IMG/VR virus record: IMGVR_UViG_3300009609_000001
Span: 1-64,000 of that record
Source: a virus
Reading direction: 5' to 3' (one strand)
Length of the DNA stretch: 64,000 nucleotides
Shown here: in pieces, positions 1 to 9,757 of the stretch
Layout: every line of letters begins with the position of its first letter
Position numbering within the stretch: the stretch's first letter is position 1
Position numbers and translations under genes: made by a program
Notes under the pieces: generated by a model
Databases searched by the model: none
Seen by the model: only the letters and a program-made list of their open reading frames with translations
Told to the model about the DNA's origin: nothing

Positions 1-2
1 CC

Positions 3-1295
3 GCCTCGGGCGGTGTGGGTGGCGCGGCGTCTGCCGCTGCCGGTATCGGCGGCGCGGGCGGCGCTTCTACCGCATCTGGTGGAGCCGGCGGTGCTTCGAC
101 TCATGCCTCTGCCGGAAACGGCGGCGCGGGTGGAGCGACAACTAACTCTGGTGGCGCAGGTGGTGCGACGACGATCGGGTCTGGCGGCGCGGGTGGTGCT
201 CGTGTCGGGTCTGGTGGAGCCGGTGGCGCTGCCTCGGCGGCCGCAGGCATCGGCGGAGCCGGTGGTTCGAACACGATGAACGGTGGTGCTGGTGGTGCTG
301 CGTCGCACGCCTCTGGCGGAAACGCTGGAGCCGGAGGGGCGGTAGCCAATGCCGGTGGAGCCGGTGGAGCTGCCACGGGGACAGGCGCGGCTGCTGGCGG
401 AGTCGGCGGCGCGTGGACTGCTGGCGGCGGCGCGGGCGGTACGGCTGCTGGAACTTCCGCAGCCGGCGCTGGCGGCGATGCCACGTTAACTTCAGGAGCT
501 GGCGGCGCAAAAACCGGCACCGGTGCTGCCGCTGGCGGAGCTGGTGGGTCTCTCATTATCACGGGTGGCGTCGGTGGCGCTACCGCTTCTAGCGGCGCGA
601 ATGCGGGCGGCGCTGGCGGAGCGATTACGGTCACGGCCGGAGCGGGAGGCGCTGCGTCGGCTGGGACTGGCGCAGGTGGAGCCGGTGCCGCAAATTCCTT
701 GATTGGAGGAGCCGGTGGCAACAGTGCAGGCGGCGCGGCCGGTGTTGGCGGAGCGATCGCCATCACAGGCGGTGCGTCCGGAACAGGAACGGCAGCGGCC
801 GGCGGGGCCGTCGCCATTACAGGCGGAGCGGCAAACGCAACCGACGGCGCTGGCGGATCGATCACACTCGTGGGCGGTGCTCCCAACGGCACTGGTGCGC
901 GTGGCACAGTCACGGCAACGGGCCTCATCGCCAAGTCAGCGTCGGCCGCAGCCATTACCACAACCAGAGTGCTCACGGCTGCGGACTCCGGGGGCGTTTT
1001 CAGTGTGGACAAGGGGTCGGCGTACGCCATCACTCTGCCCACGCCCGCGCAAGGCCTCCGGTTCAAGTTCTTGGTTCTCGATACGGGCGCGAACATCGTC
1101 ACCATTTCCGACGGGTCCGCTCACTTGAATGGCATCGTATCGGTCAACAGCGTCGGCACAGTCATGACCGGAACTACGCTCTCCCTCGCCTCTGGCGGTG
1201 CGCTCGGAGATTGGGTGGAGTTCGAGGGCATCGACGCCACCCACTACCTCGTAACAGGTGCCTGCCTCAACGCTGCCGACATCACAATCGCGTAA
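3..1295 (+). CDS. Gly/Ala-rich (GGAGG-repeat) virion fibre/decoration protein, 5'-truncated
   Basis: Frame is open from the window edge. About 290 aa of GGX repeats precede a C-terminal beta domain (LTAADSG...ITLPTPAQGLRFKF) of the kind seen in phage head fibres. Confidence 0.6.
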   Translation, partial: ASGGVGGAASAAAGIGGAGGASTASGGAGGASTHASAGNGGAGGATTNSGGAGGATTIGSGGAGGARVGSGGAGGAASAAAGIGGAGGSNTMNGGAGGAASHASGGNAGAGGAVANAGGAGGAATGTGAAAGGVGGAWTAGGGAGGTAAGTSAAGAGGDATLTSGAGGAKTGTGAAAGGAGGSLIITGGVGGATASSGANAGGAGGAITVTAGAGGAASAGTGAGGAGAANSLIGGAGGNSAGGAAGVGGAIAITGGASGTGTAAAGGAVAITGGAANATDGAGGSITLVGGAPNGTGARGTVTATGLIAKSASAAAITTTRVLTAADSGGVFSVDKGSAYAITLPTPAQGLRFKFLVLDTGANIVTISDGSAHLNGIVSVNSVGTVMTGTTLSLASGGALGDWVEFEGIDATHYLVTGACLNAADITIA

Positions 1296-1348
1296 GCACC
1301 AGGGAAATAGCCCGTGGTCGGACACCGCGTGACGAAAGGAAAACAAAA

Positions 1349-1717
1349 ATGGCATTCCCACTCCCAGCTTCTCCTGCTGAGGCGACGATTCCTCCTCCGG
1401 AGCCATTCGACTTCACGGTTGATTCCCCGCCGATCAGCAAGCAGCAACTTGCGCAGTTGTCGGCCTATCGCGGGCGAGTGAACGACCGGGCCGTCGATCT
1501 CAACGACAAGGAGCATCAACCACGCACCTTGAAGTTCGTAACGTTCGCGGGCGCGCTCGACCTGTCCGACAAACTCTACCACGGCGTGCTGCGGTTCAAG
1601 GAAGTCACTGCCGATGCCGAGGCGGTTGCCTTCGACTTCTCGAACCTGCTTCGCGTCGATGCGCTTCGTTCTCCACCAAGCCCGATTCCGGTTCACTCCG
1701 AACCCATTGAGGAATAG
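1349..1717 (+). CDS. hypothetical protein
   Basis: ATG at 1349 follows an AAAGGA SD; lies within the operon. Confidence 0.6.
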   Translation: MAFPLPASPAEATIPPPEPFDFTVDSPPISKQQLAQLSAYRGRVNDRAVDLNDKEHQPRTLKFVTFAGALDLSDKLYHGVLRFKEVTADAEAVAFDFSNLLRVDALRSPPSPIPVHSEPIEE

Positions 1718-1723
1718 TCAGTC

Positions 1724-2116
1724 ATGGCAACTCATGTTCATAGCCGTGGATTCACTCGCGGTCTTGGGGCCGTGGTTTCCGACGAAACTCTGACAATCCA
1801 GGGGGGCGGAGAGGTTGAGCAGATTACCATCGCCGATGGCGTGACGGACCAGGAAGCCGCCTGCGGCATCGACTTCAGTCAACTGACGAGTCTATACATC
1901 CTGGCATCGGTGGCAATGACCCTGGAAACAAACTCCAGCAGCGCAGCCACGAATACCATCGTACTCAAGGCTGGTATTGCATACCGTTGGACCTCGCCCG
2001 GGAGTTACGATACCTGCAAAATCACGGCCGACGTGACCAAGATTTTCCTCACCAATGCCAGTGGCGGGTCTGGGACATTCGAGATGTATTGGGGCTATGG
2101 AGATGTGACCCCGTAA
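1724..2116 (+). CDS. putative virion structural protein
   Basis: Thr/Ser-rich, beta-type 130 aa protein tightly packed in the structural operon. Confidence 0.5.
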   Translation: MATHVHSRGFTRGLGAVVSDETLTIQGGGEVEQITIADGVTDQEAACGIDFSQLTSLYILASVAMTLETNSSSAATNTIVLKAGIAYRWTSPGSYDTCKITADVTKIFLTNASGGSGTFEMYWGYGDVTP

Positions 2117-2117
2117 A

Positions 2118-2624
2118 ATGGCCAGACTGCATCGCGACCTCAAAACCATTCTGCTGGCCATCGTCGCACGCCTTCGCAACGAAATCGAGTGGTGCAACGA
2201 GTCCACTTGCTATTTCACGCTCAACCCCCGCGCCAAGCCGTCTAACACGGGAGACAGGTGGATAACCGTTTCACCTGGTGGTGGCAAGTTCGACGAAAGC
2301 CAGTTCGCCGGCGGCGGGCGCGTGCTGCTGACTGCAGACAGCAGGTTCACGGTAACGATCCATTCTCCAGTTGCGTTGGACGAGGTTGGTCACGACACCG
2401 AATTCTTAATGAACGAATCTCTGGGCGTGCTGGAAGCGATGGATGAGGTCCTGGAAATCTTCGCGGAGTTCGACCCGCTGGACCCGGATGGCAACGAAAT
2501 GCTGCGACAGCCAATCTGCCCGGACGGCTGGGAGGAACCAGAGCGTCAAAGCGAGTGGCTTGGGTCTCTGGGAGTCGTGTTCCAGATCATGTTCGATTGG
2601 GATTTGTCGGCCACGGTGCCGTAG
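2118..2624 (+). CDS. putative tail completion/terminator-like protein
   Basis: Size, N-terminal 'ILLAIVARL' helix, alternating beta strands and operon position. Confidence 0.4.
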   Translation: MARLHRDLKTILLAIVARLRNEIEWCNESTCYFTLNPRAKPSNTGDRWITVSPGGGKFDESQFAGGGRVLLTADSRFTVTIHSPVALDEVGHDTEFLMNESLGVLEAMDEVLEIFAEFDPLDPDGNEMLRQPICPDGWEEPERQSEWLGSLGVVFQIMFDWDLSATVP

Positions 2625-2632
2625 GGGGCATC

Positions 2633-4378
2633 GTGATTTCTTATGCAGGCGTGCCGCTTCTGCTTCCCGACGAAGACGGCGAGTTGGCGCGCTTCCTCGA
2701 TCACTACTTGCCCCTGGAAGATTTACGGCTGTTTGGCGAGCGTCCCGTATCCGTCGAGAGTAACCGGACGCAGAGCCGAGAAGGGTGCGGAGCAAGAACC
2801 GGGCTTGGGAGGCCGAATTATCCAGCACCTCCGCGGCTCAAGATTAACTCCCTCTATTGGCCGACCGGGGCATCTCGCTGGGCGCACGGCCTGTTTCTTT
2901 GCACTGGCGCGGCACTGCTGGAAATACTACCAACGGTTACGAGTGCATCGGGAAGCACGTCGGCGGTCCTCAAGATGTCAGACGAAGATCGGCAGTCTTT
3001 GTCTACGTCGATGCACCTACTGCCGCCGCGAAAACTTACGGCAGTTGTCGATCCAGACAACGACTCGCTCTGGCTCCTGCCATTAGTTGACGAGCGGTGG
3101 TTCTGGCAACTAAAGAATGCCGGTGATATGGAGGTTACTTCAAGCAGCACGTGGGCCAGCGTTTTCACGGCACTCGGCACGGCGATCGGGTCAACCATTG
3201 AGCATGTCGCAGCGGACGCCGATTACTTCAAACCCGACCCCACGGAGTTAACTAGGCGATATGAGAATGCGGCTGTTCTCATGGATTCCGTGGCGCATTC
3301 TGTTGGTCAGCGGATCGTTCGTGATTTGGACGGTACGGTTTACTCTCTCGATTGGACCACATCGGACGATCGACTGGGAAATAATTTGGATGGTTCATGG
3401 GGTCTGCTGGCTGGTGCGGATTTCTCCGGTACGCGTGATGGCGCTGTAACTCCGCAGTATGTACGAGTAGTGTTCCCAACTTTCATTAACCGGATGCCCG
3501 ACAAGGATCGCGGGGTGTTCTCTGTCATCCGGGAGGCTTCCTCGTATGGCTTTACGGTTTTTAAGGCCAACGCGACAAAAACCATCTTTTCCACGGCAGC
3601 AGCCAATGGCGATAGCACTCCGGACAATGAATCCGATCTAACAACACTGGCAACTCAAATTGCCAGCGATTTTTACGCATCGCTTGTGTCCCGATACGAT
3701 TATGCCTTTGCATCTATTAAGCCGTGGTTGCTTACGGGCTACGACGACCATGTTGAATGGTCGTTTGGATTTCAGCGCAAGGATTTGACCTTCGACGCCA
3801 GGACAAGGGTGCAGAGCGCTCCCTACAACTTCGGCGTGGAGGAAATGCAGCACCAGGTCTTGTCGCCGCTGCTGCCGTGTAGCGAACTACAACTTCTGCG
3901 CCTTGAATCCGACCTCTGCCGCGGCGGCAGCGCGACGGCGCGGATCGTATCCTGCGCGACTTCGTTAACACTGCCAGGCGATACCGTGACCGTGACCGAC
4001 CCGACGAAGGCGGCGTTCTGTAAAGGCTCTGCGGCGGGGTCCGGCAGCACCGGCGGCGACTCTCAGGGACAAGCCAATCTGATTTGGGGCCGGCCGTGTG
4101 GCAGTGCGTACAGGTTCGTCAACGGCGGGACTTACTACCGCTACATCGAGGGCACGCTGGCGGCCGGGCAAATCTCCACTCCCTGGAAGGTGCTGGTCGG
4201 CGCGATCACGGGTTACGACGGCGAGTTTCTCTACGGCATTCAAGCGGGAATCTCTGGCGCATCGGACTACATCACGCTGTCCGGCACGCCCTGCGGTTCG
4301 CCGATGGACGGGCTGGCGTTCGGGGCCGTGGCGCACGACTGCGGGGCGTATCGAGTCATTTGGATGTGCTGCGCGTGA
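2633..4378 (+). CDS. putative tail/baseplate protein
   Basis: GTG at 2633 follows GGGGG; ~580 aa in the tail cluster with a Cys-containing C-terminus. Confidence 0.45.
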   Translation: MISYAGVPLLLPDEDGELARFLDHYLPLEDLRLFGERPVSVESNRTQSREGCGARTGLGRPNYPAPPRLKINSLYWPTGASRWAHGLFLCTGAALLEILPTVTSASGSTSAVLKMSDEDRQSLSTSMHLLPPRKLTAVVDPDNDSLWLLPLVDERWFWQLKNAGDMEVTSSSTWASVFTALGTAIGSTIEHVAADADYFKPDPTELTRRYENAAVLMDSVAHSVGQRIVRDLDGTVYSLDWTTSDDRLGNNLDGSWGLLAGADFSGTRDGAVTPQYVRVVFPTFINRMPDKDRGVFSVIREASSYGFTVFKANATKTIFSTAAANGDSTPDNESDLTTLATQIASDFYASLVSRYDYAFASIKPWLLTGYDDHVEWSFGFQRKDLTFDARTRVQSAPYNFGVEEMQHQVLSPLLPCSELQLLRLESDLCRGGSATARIVSCATSLTLPGDTVTVTDPTKAAFCKGSAAGSGSTGGDSQGQANLIWGRPCGSAYRFVNGGTYYRYIEGTLAAGQISTPWKVLVGAITGYDGEFLYGIQAGISGASDYITLSGTPCGSPMDGLAFGAVAHDCGAYRVIWMCCA

Positions 4379-4381
4379 GCT

Positions 4382-5593
4382 ATGGCCGGATGCTTTAAGA
4401 CAATGCCGCCGTGCTGCCAGGAATACCCGTGCGCCTGTGTTTACTGTGATGACGAGACCGCGCCGTGCTGCCTATTGATCGAGATCGCCGGAATCAGAAA
4501 TCGTCCATATGACGTGACAAAGCCGAATGGGCTTCAGAGTTGCCATCGCTTCTGCGACCGCTGGAATGGCACATTTCAGCTCAATTACAACGGTTCGTGT
4601 GCATGGTCGAGCAGGTGTGCGTTGTACGAGAGCGGGCCGCCAAATTGCGGCGCGACTCCCGGCACATACATGGCCAACAGGGGCGATGCCGGCCCGGTGT
4701 ACGCGCAACTGGGAATCACCGAGGGCGGCGACTATCTTTTGACGGTTTACCTGGCTTCACCAGCGAGTTCAACGCCAGAACTATGCGGCCGATGGACGTA
4801 CAACTTCGGACCATATAAGCCGGATTGCATGGCGTGGAGTCAACTTGAACTTACTCGCGAAGTTCCCTGTGATGACGATTTCAGTGAAGACGCCGATTGC
4901 GATTTCACTTACGCCACGTGCAAAGTTACTTCGCAGAGCGCGGCGTGTCCGAGCTACGAGTGTGACGAAGCAGCTACGACCGCCTGCGTTCCAGTGGGCA
5001 TCGGCTGCTGCTGCGACTCGGCAGCAAGTTGGGCGGTTGATCTTGGAGACGGCGGCTGGGCGGCCGGCGACGCCTGTCTGGGCGGCTGCGAAGATGTGCA
5101 GGGAATCTATATCGTGGATTGTTGCGGCGGTGATGGCGGCTGCGAAGACGTTGGATTCACCGACTACTACGACTGCTACGAATCGACGTTTTGGGCAGAG
5201 GATTGCGCCTTCGGAACCGACAATCAGTTGCGACTAAGGATCATTGTCCACAATGGAGTAGCCGGAAACGGCATTGGCGGCACGTTCATCGGCGGGCCGG
5301 CGGCGGTCTCTGAAATTATGCATGAGGAATACTGCTGCGCGATCTACGTCGAGATCATGCTGGACATCGGCGTGTTTATCGGAGAAACCTGGATTACTCT
5401 CGGTTATTACTCTTATGCGTGCTATCGCGCAATCAACATTGAGCCTGATGGCTCTGATCTGTGCGTCGGACCTTACACCCTGACGAAAATCTACGAAGAA
5501 CACGTCGGCCTGAATGACCCTGGGCACTTCTGCGACGGGTCCACGGTGTGCATCGGCTATCTCCCCGACACAATCACAGTCCAAGGCGCATGA
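4382..5593 (+). CDS. cysteine-rich putative tail-tip/receptor-binding protein
   Basis: About 37 Cys in 403 aa, acidic, two similar halves; follows the tail gene. Confidence 0.5.
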   Translation: MAGCFKTMPPCCQEYPCACVYCDDETAPCCLLIEIAGIRNRPYDVTKPNGLQSCHRFCDRWNGTFQLNYNGSCAWSSRCALYESGPPNCGATPGTYMANRGDAGPVYAQLGITEGGDYLLTVYLASPASSTPELCGRWTYNFGPYKPDCMAWSQLELTREVPCDDDFSEDADCDFTYATCKVTSQSAACPSYECDEAATTACVPVGIGCCCDSAASWAVDLGDGGWAAGDACLGGCEDVQGIYIVDCCGGDGGCEDVGFTDYYDCYESTFWAEDCAFGTDNQLRLRIIVHNGVAGNGIGGTFIGGPAAVSEIMHEEYCCAIYVEIMLDIGVFIGETWITLGYYSYACYRAINIEPDGSDLCVGPYTLTKIYEEHVGLNDPGHFCDGSTVCIGYLPDTITVQGA

Positions 5594-7668
5594 GTATTTG
5601 CATTCTCACATTGATGCCGGACGGGACGCGCCGCTGTTTCAATTGCGATCAGCCGCCCATCAGCCGTGAGCTATCGGAGCAGGCCGGCGCACGCGGCATC
5701 AAGAGGATGTGCTTTGACCCGAATGCCAAGCCGAAGCCAGCGCAAGAACCAAGTACAATCCGCCGCGCGTTCAATTTCTCCGTAGCCTTGAGCAAGCACG
5801 TCGCCAGCGGAGCCAAGCAGCGCACGAAAGAAGAAATCCTAAACATCCTGGAGACGCATTGCAGTCGCTGCCAGTGGTACAAAAAAGATGGCGACAACGG
5901 CCGCTGCTCGCACGTCAAGTGCGGTTGTTCGGTGAACGGATCGCAGAAATTTCTGAACAAGCTCGCCTGGAAAAGCGAATCGTGTCCTATCGGACTCTGG
6001 GGCGATGTTCGCAAGAGTCCTCCGCCGCGCCCACAAGCTCGCGGCAACAGAGGCGCGGCCAGCCAAGCGGTATCACTTCCGGCATCCGGCGCTATCGCGC
6101 TGCGGTTCACGCACGGCCTAGGGGACGCCGTCCAGTTCGCCACGATCTTGCGATACATCCGCCGCAAGCTGCCGGCATTGCAGCTCACGCTTGGCGCGCA
6201 CCGCGGCTATCCGTCGCTGTTCCGTTGCCTATGCCACGAATCGCTGACGGGTGGAGATCAAACCGTGCAGCAGGTCACCTGGAGCGAGCCGACCGAAGCC
6301 TGGGACGATCGGCCGGCTGGCAAGATCGAGCACTGGCTGAAGCGGCAGGGCTGGGCATTCGAGCCGGACTTGATCGGCTATCACAACCCGATTACCGCCG
6401 ACGCCCTGGCCGCGGCGCGGGCGTGCATGGCGGCTGTTGGCCTGGACGAGCAAGGCTTCTGCCTGTTGCACAACAGCCCCAACACCAACCGCCGCGGCAA
6501 GATTCTCGGCGGGCAAGAGGACAGCGACGAGATGATTGTGCTGTGCAAGTTGATTGCGGTCCGTGGCCTGCGCCCCGTGGTGCTCGATTGGAAGCGCAAG
6601 GCTGGCCGGCTTGCTGAGCACGCCATGATTCTCGGCAGCGGCACGCCGTACCTGTCACCCGAAACCGTAGCCGACGCAGCGACGCTATGCGCCCTTGGCT
6701 CACTGGCGAAACTCTGCATCGGCATTGACACCGGGCCATCACATTGCTTCGTGGCCGGCGGCGCTAACACACTGGTCTACTGGAACACGAATCACCCGGT
6801 GAATTACTTTCAGCCGATGGGCAACGTGCTGCATCTGGTTCCCCAAGGGCACGCCAAGAACGTCCGTGGAGATGACCGATCCAAGGACGTTGGCTCGGCT
6901 TACTTCCACCGCAATTACCTCTACACCGAATACACGAACCTGCGGCCGGCGCTCTTGGATGCCGTGGAAGCCAAGCTGGCGAATCAACCCATCGGTCACA
7001 ATCTAGCGGCACCAACAGAACTAGTGCAGGCCGATCACGGCTTCTGGATTCGCGACGGGCTGAAGCGGGAAGATACCATCGTAGTCAAGGACGTTTACGC
7101 GGGCGACTGCTACGGCCTCAAGTCGCTGGGCTTCACCCCGGAAACGATTCTCGACATTGGCGCGCACATCGGCTGCTTCTCCCGGCTGGCGCACGAGCTT
7201 TTCCCGCAAGCCAAGATCATCGCCGTGGAAGCCAATCCGCGCAACATTCCTGCGCTACAAAAGAACGCCGGCGACTTCGCGGAGATTGTCGAGGCGGCCT
7301 GCACCTACGAGCAAGGCGAACTGTCGCTGGCAAGCACCGTTTACGCGGGCAGCCGCAACAGCGGGGGAAGCGTGCTGATTGCGGGGGACCGGCCAGCGAA
7401 GCGACTGGTGGATGTCTACGAGCCTCTGCCGGTCAAGCGGCGCGTAACGCTGGAAGAGCTTGCGGAGCGCATCGACGTGCTAAAGCTGGATTGCGAGGGA
7501 TCGGAAATCAGCGTGCTCCGAAATTGCGAACTATCGCGCGTCGGCGTGGTTGTCGCGGAGTGGCACGACGATTTGGCGTGGCAAGAATTGCTGGCTGAAA
7601 GGTTCCAGGGATGGACCTGCAAGATGGACCGCGGCAAGCACCTTGCGATATTGCGGAGGCGCGCATGA
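5590..7668 (+). CDS. Cys-rich domain + GT9-like glycosyltransferase + FkbM methyltransferase fusion
   Basis: CxxC..C..CGC..CP.G.W N-domain; HGLGD and IGIDTGPSH (GT9-type); LDIGAHIG and LKLDCEGSE (FkbM). ATGA overlap with the upstream gene. Confidence 0.8.
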   Translation: MSICILTLMPDGTRRCFNCDQPPISRELSEQAGARGIKRMCFDPNAKPKPAQEPSTIRRAFNFSVALSKHVASGAKQRTKEEILNILETHCSRCQWYKKDGDNGRCSHVKCGCSVNGSQKFLNKLAWKSESCPIGLWGDVRKSPPPRPQARGNRGAASQAVSLPASGAIALRFTHGLGDAVQFATILRYIRRKLPALQLTLGAHRGYPSLFRCLCHESLTGGDQTVQQVTWSEPTEAWDDRPAGKIEHWLKRQGWAFEPDLIGYHNPITADALAAARACMAAVGLDEQGFCLLHNSPNTNRRGKILGGQEDSDEMIVLCKLIAVRGLRPVVLDWKRKAGRLAEHAMILGSGTPYLSPETVADAATLCALGSLAKLCIGIDTGPSHCFVAGGANTLVYWNTNHPVNYFQPMGNVLHLVPQGHAKNVRGDDRSKDVGSAYFHRNYLYTEYTNLRPALLDAVEAKLANQPIGHNLAAPTELVQADHGFWIRDGLKREDTIVVKDVYAGDCYGLKSLGFTPETILDIGAHIGCFSRLAHELFPQAKIIAVEANPRNIPALQKNAGDFAEIVEAACTYEQGELSLASTVYAGSRNSGGSVLIAGDRPAKRLVDVYEPLPVKRRVTLEELAERIDVLKLDCEGSEISVLRNCELSRVGVVVAEWHDDLAWQELLAERFQGWTCKMDRGKHLAILRRRA

Positions 7669-8315
7669 GCGACCCCATCATCGTGACCGGCATCGGCCGC
7701 AGCGGGACCACGTTCACGCAGCACTTGCTCTGCCGGCACCCGCACATCTGGATTAGCGGGCAGCCGGTGATTGCGCTGTCCACGCTGAATGGCTGGCTGG
7801 ATCAGCTTGTGAGCAGCGCCGCCAGTGGTGCAGAGCAAAACGAGCGTCTGAATTACTACGTGCCGCACTTCGTTTCACAAGACCCCATAGAGATTGCGGC
7901 CGACTTCGCGGACCTGCTTTATCACCGCTGGGCACCGCAGTGGTACTATCGCCGTCGCTGGGGCATCAAATCGCCGTGGGCTTTCCTGCCGGCGGAGTGC
8001 AAACTGATCGACCGGCTCTGGCCCAATGCCGAATGGATCGTCTGCTTCCGCGATCCGCAACGAGTCTACGAAAGCCTATGCGGCACCGGGCACAGCTTCA
8101 CGCGGGAGCAAGTCCAGGCGATGCACGAGACGGCCAAGGCGTTCGCCGAAGAGCGCGGCGCGCTGACCTTGTTCGTGGACGAGTGGGATGCGGAGTCTCG
8201 CCCCGTCCACGTTGCCAATCTACTGAGGTCGCTGGGCGAAGAAATGACGCCGGAGGTGGCGGCGTTCGTCGAGCGCTGGCCGAGGATTCACGCGCGGGAG
8301 ACGCTGCCATGTTGA
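7665..8315 (+). CDS. sulfotransferase
   Basis: 5'-PSB motif IVTGIGRSGTT, WGIKSP, and 3'-PB motif FRDP...S. Confidence 0.85.
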   Translation: MSDPIIVTGIGRSGTTFTQHLLCRHPHIWISGQPVIALSTLNGWLDQLVSSAASGAEQNERLNYYVPHFVSQDPIEIAADFADLLYHRWAPQWYYRRRWGIKSPWAFLPAECKLIDRLWPNAEWIVCFRDPQRVYESLCGTGHSFTREQVQAMHETAKAFAEERGALTLFVDEWDAESRPVHVANLLRSLGEEMTPEVAAFVERWPRIHARETLPC

Positions 8316-9223
8316 TTGCTGTTCCGCCTGGAATCGGGGACGCCTTTTGGGCGCTCACGAAGATCCCCGCCATGCTACGTGAAGCCGGCGAGAGTAAAGC
8401 CGACTTGATCGTGGCAGACAACGCGCCGCGACGTTCCAAGGAATTCCTTGAGGCGTTCGACTTTATCGGCAAGGTCGAATACAAGCCGTTGCGATTCACG
8501 CTCGGCACGCACAAGTGCGGGCGCTACAACTATTGGCCAACGCGGAGCGTGCATCCCGAATGCGCCGGTGCAATCTGGTTGATCCCGAACGAGCATTTAG
8601 AGCAAGGCTTGCGGCTCGAAACTTGGTTGACGGAATACGAAATAGATTGGCACATCCAAGAGCGGTTCTTGTGGCAGGAATCCGACTTGGACTTTGCCGC
8701 CCAGCTCAAGCAACGGCTCGGGGAATACGTCGTGTTCTACCTCGGGCCAGAAGAGGGAAACACCACAGGCGGGCACAATCGCGGCGGAATCTGGAGTATG
8801 GCCGATTGGGTTACGCTGGGCCTGGAAATCGGCAAGCCAATCGTCGTTGTCGGCGCGGAGTATGACCGCAGCTACAGCAACAAGGTTCTGGACCTGGCCC
8901 ACGCGCGCGGCTCGCACTGGCTGGACTACGTGGGGCGATGGCCGATCGGCAGGACGTTCGCCGTGGTACGCGAGGCTGCCGCGTGTATTTCTTACCAAAG
9001 CGGAATTGGCATCTTCGCGACCTACCTGCGCGTGCCAACCGCGATGTGGTGGCGCGCCTATGGGGACTCGTGCGTGCCCGGCAAGCTGGTGAGCTTTCAC
9101 GAGGATATGCGCACGGCCTGGGTGCCACCGGACATGCTCGACCGCGGGAAGTATCTCGGAATGATTTACGGCAGGTGCGAGCCGGGCACGGTGCTGAAGT
9201 GGAACCAAATCACGAGTTCCTGA
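8309..9223 (+). CDS. GT9-like (GT-B) glycosyltransferase
   Basis: PGIGD near the N-terminus; YQSGI..A..L.VPT in the C-domain. Confidence 0.7.
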   Translation: MLIAVPPGIGDAFWALTKIPAMLREAGESKADLIVADNAPRRSKEFLEAFDFIGKVEYKPLRFTLGTHKCGRYNYWPTRSVHPECAGAIWLIPNEHLEQGLRLETWLTEYEIDWHIQERFLWQESDLDFAAQLKQRLGEYVVFYLGPEEGNTTGGHNRGGIWSMADWVTLGLEIGKPIVVVGAEYDRSYSNKVLDLAHARGSHWLDYVGRWPIGRTFAVVREAAACISYQSGIGIFATYLRVPTAMWWRAYGDSCVPGKLVSFHEDMRTAWVPPDMLDRGKYLGMIYGRCEPGTVLKWNQITSS

Positions 9224-9548
9224 CTTCCAACTGCATGAACCCCTCCAGCGTCTGCGCGGGACTGCTGGTAGTGCCGCACGCCGCCTTGAGGATGTAATCG
9301 GTATCAACCGTGCCTCCGGTAACCTTGAACTGTACCGCCATGCCGATGGGCACGCTGACGCCGTTGATCGTCTTGGCGGCAGTGTTCACGGCTGCACCGC
9401 TGATCGTCGGTCCCGAAGGCGTAGACGTGACCGTGGGGGTGCCGGTCAACAGTTCGCCGGGATCCAGCTTGTTTGCGAACGACACGGCACAGTTGCGGAC
9501 CTCTGCAACAGTCTTACGGTTTACCTGGGGCGCTGTGTTGGTGGCCAT
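9210..9548 (-). CDS. phage fibre-tail adaptor-like Ig-fold protein
   Basis: K..E....V.F...L..GE.L...GG....Y pattern. Confidence 0.55.
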   Translation of the reverse strand: MATNTAPQVNRKTVAEVRNCAVSFANKLDPGELLTGTPTVTSTPSGPTISGAAVNTAAKTINGVSVPIGMAVQFKVTGGTVDTDYILKAACGTTSSPAQTLEGFMQLEVRNS

Positions 9549-9551
9549 GTC

Positions 9552-9740
9552 CTAACCGTCCGCTGGGATGGTGTATTGGATTCGATTTGGCGGCAATATA
9601 GCCCCTACTCGGTTTTCTGACAGCGTCCAGGCGATGCGGTTCGCTGGCAGTGTCCATTCAAGCCCGGGGAATCCCGTTGTTGGCTCTTCGGCACTAAACA
9701 TCCAATCCAGCGCCGGCAAAAACGGCATCAGACCGCCCAT
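9552..9740 (-). CDS. hypothetical protein with internal WTLP.NRI repeats
   Basis: GGAG SD; three copies of a short motif. Confidence 0.5.
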   Translation of the reverse strand: MGGLMPFLPALDWMFSAEEPTTGFPGLEWTLPANRIAWTLSENRVGAILPPNRIQYTIPADG

Positions 9741-9757
9741 GCTCTAATCTCCCTTGT

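Noticed and set aside
101-1105. 334-aa Pro/Ala-rich minus-strand ORF
   Set aside because: It is the antisense shadow of the Gly/Ala codons of the fibre gene.
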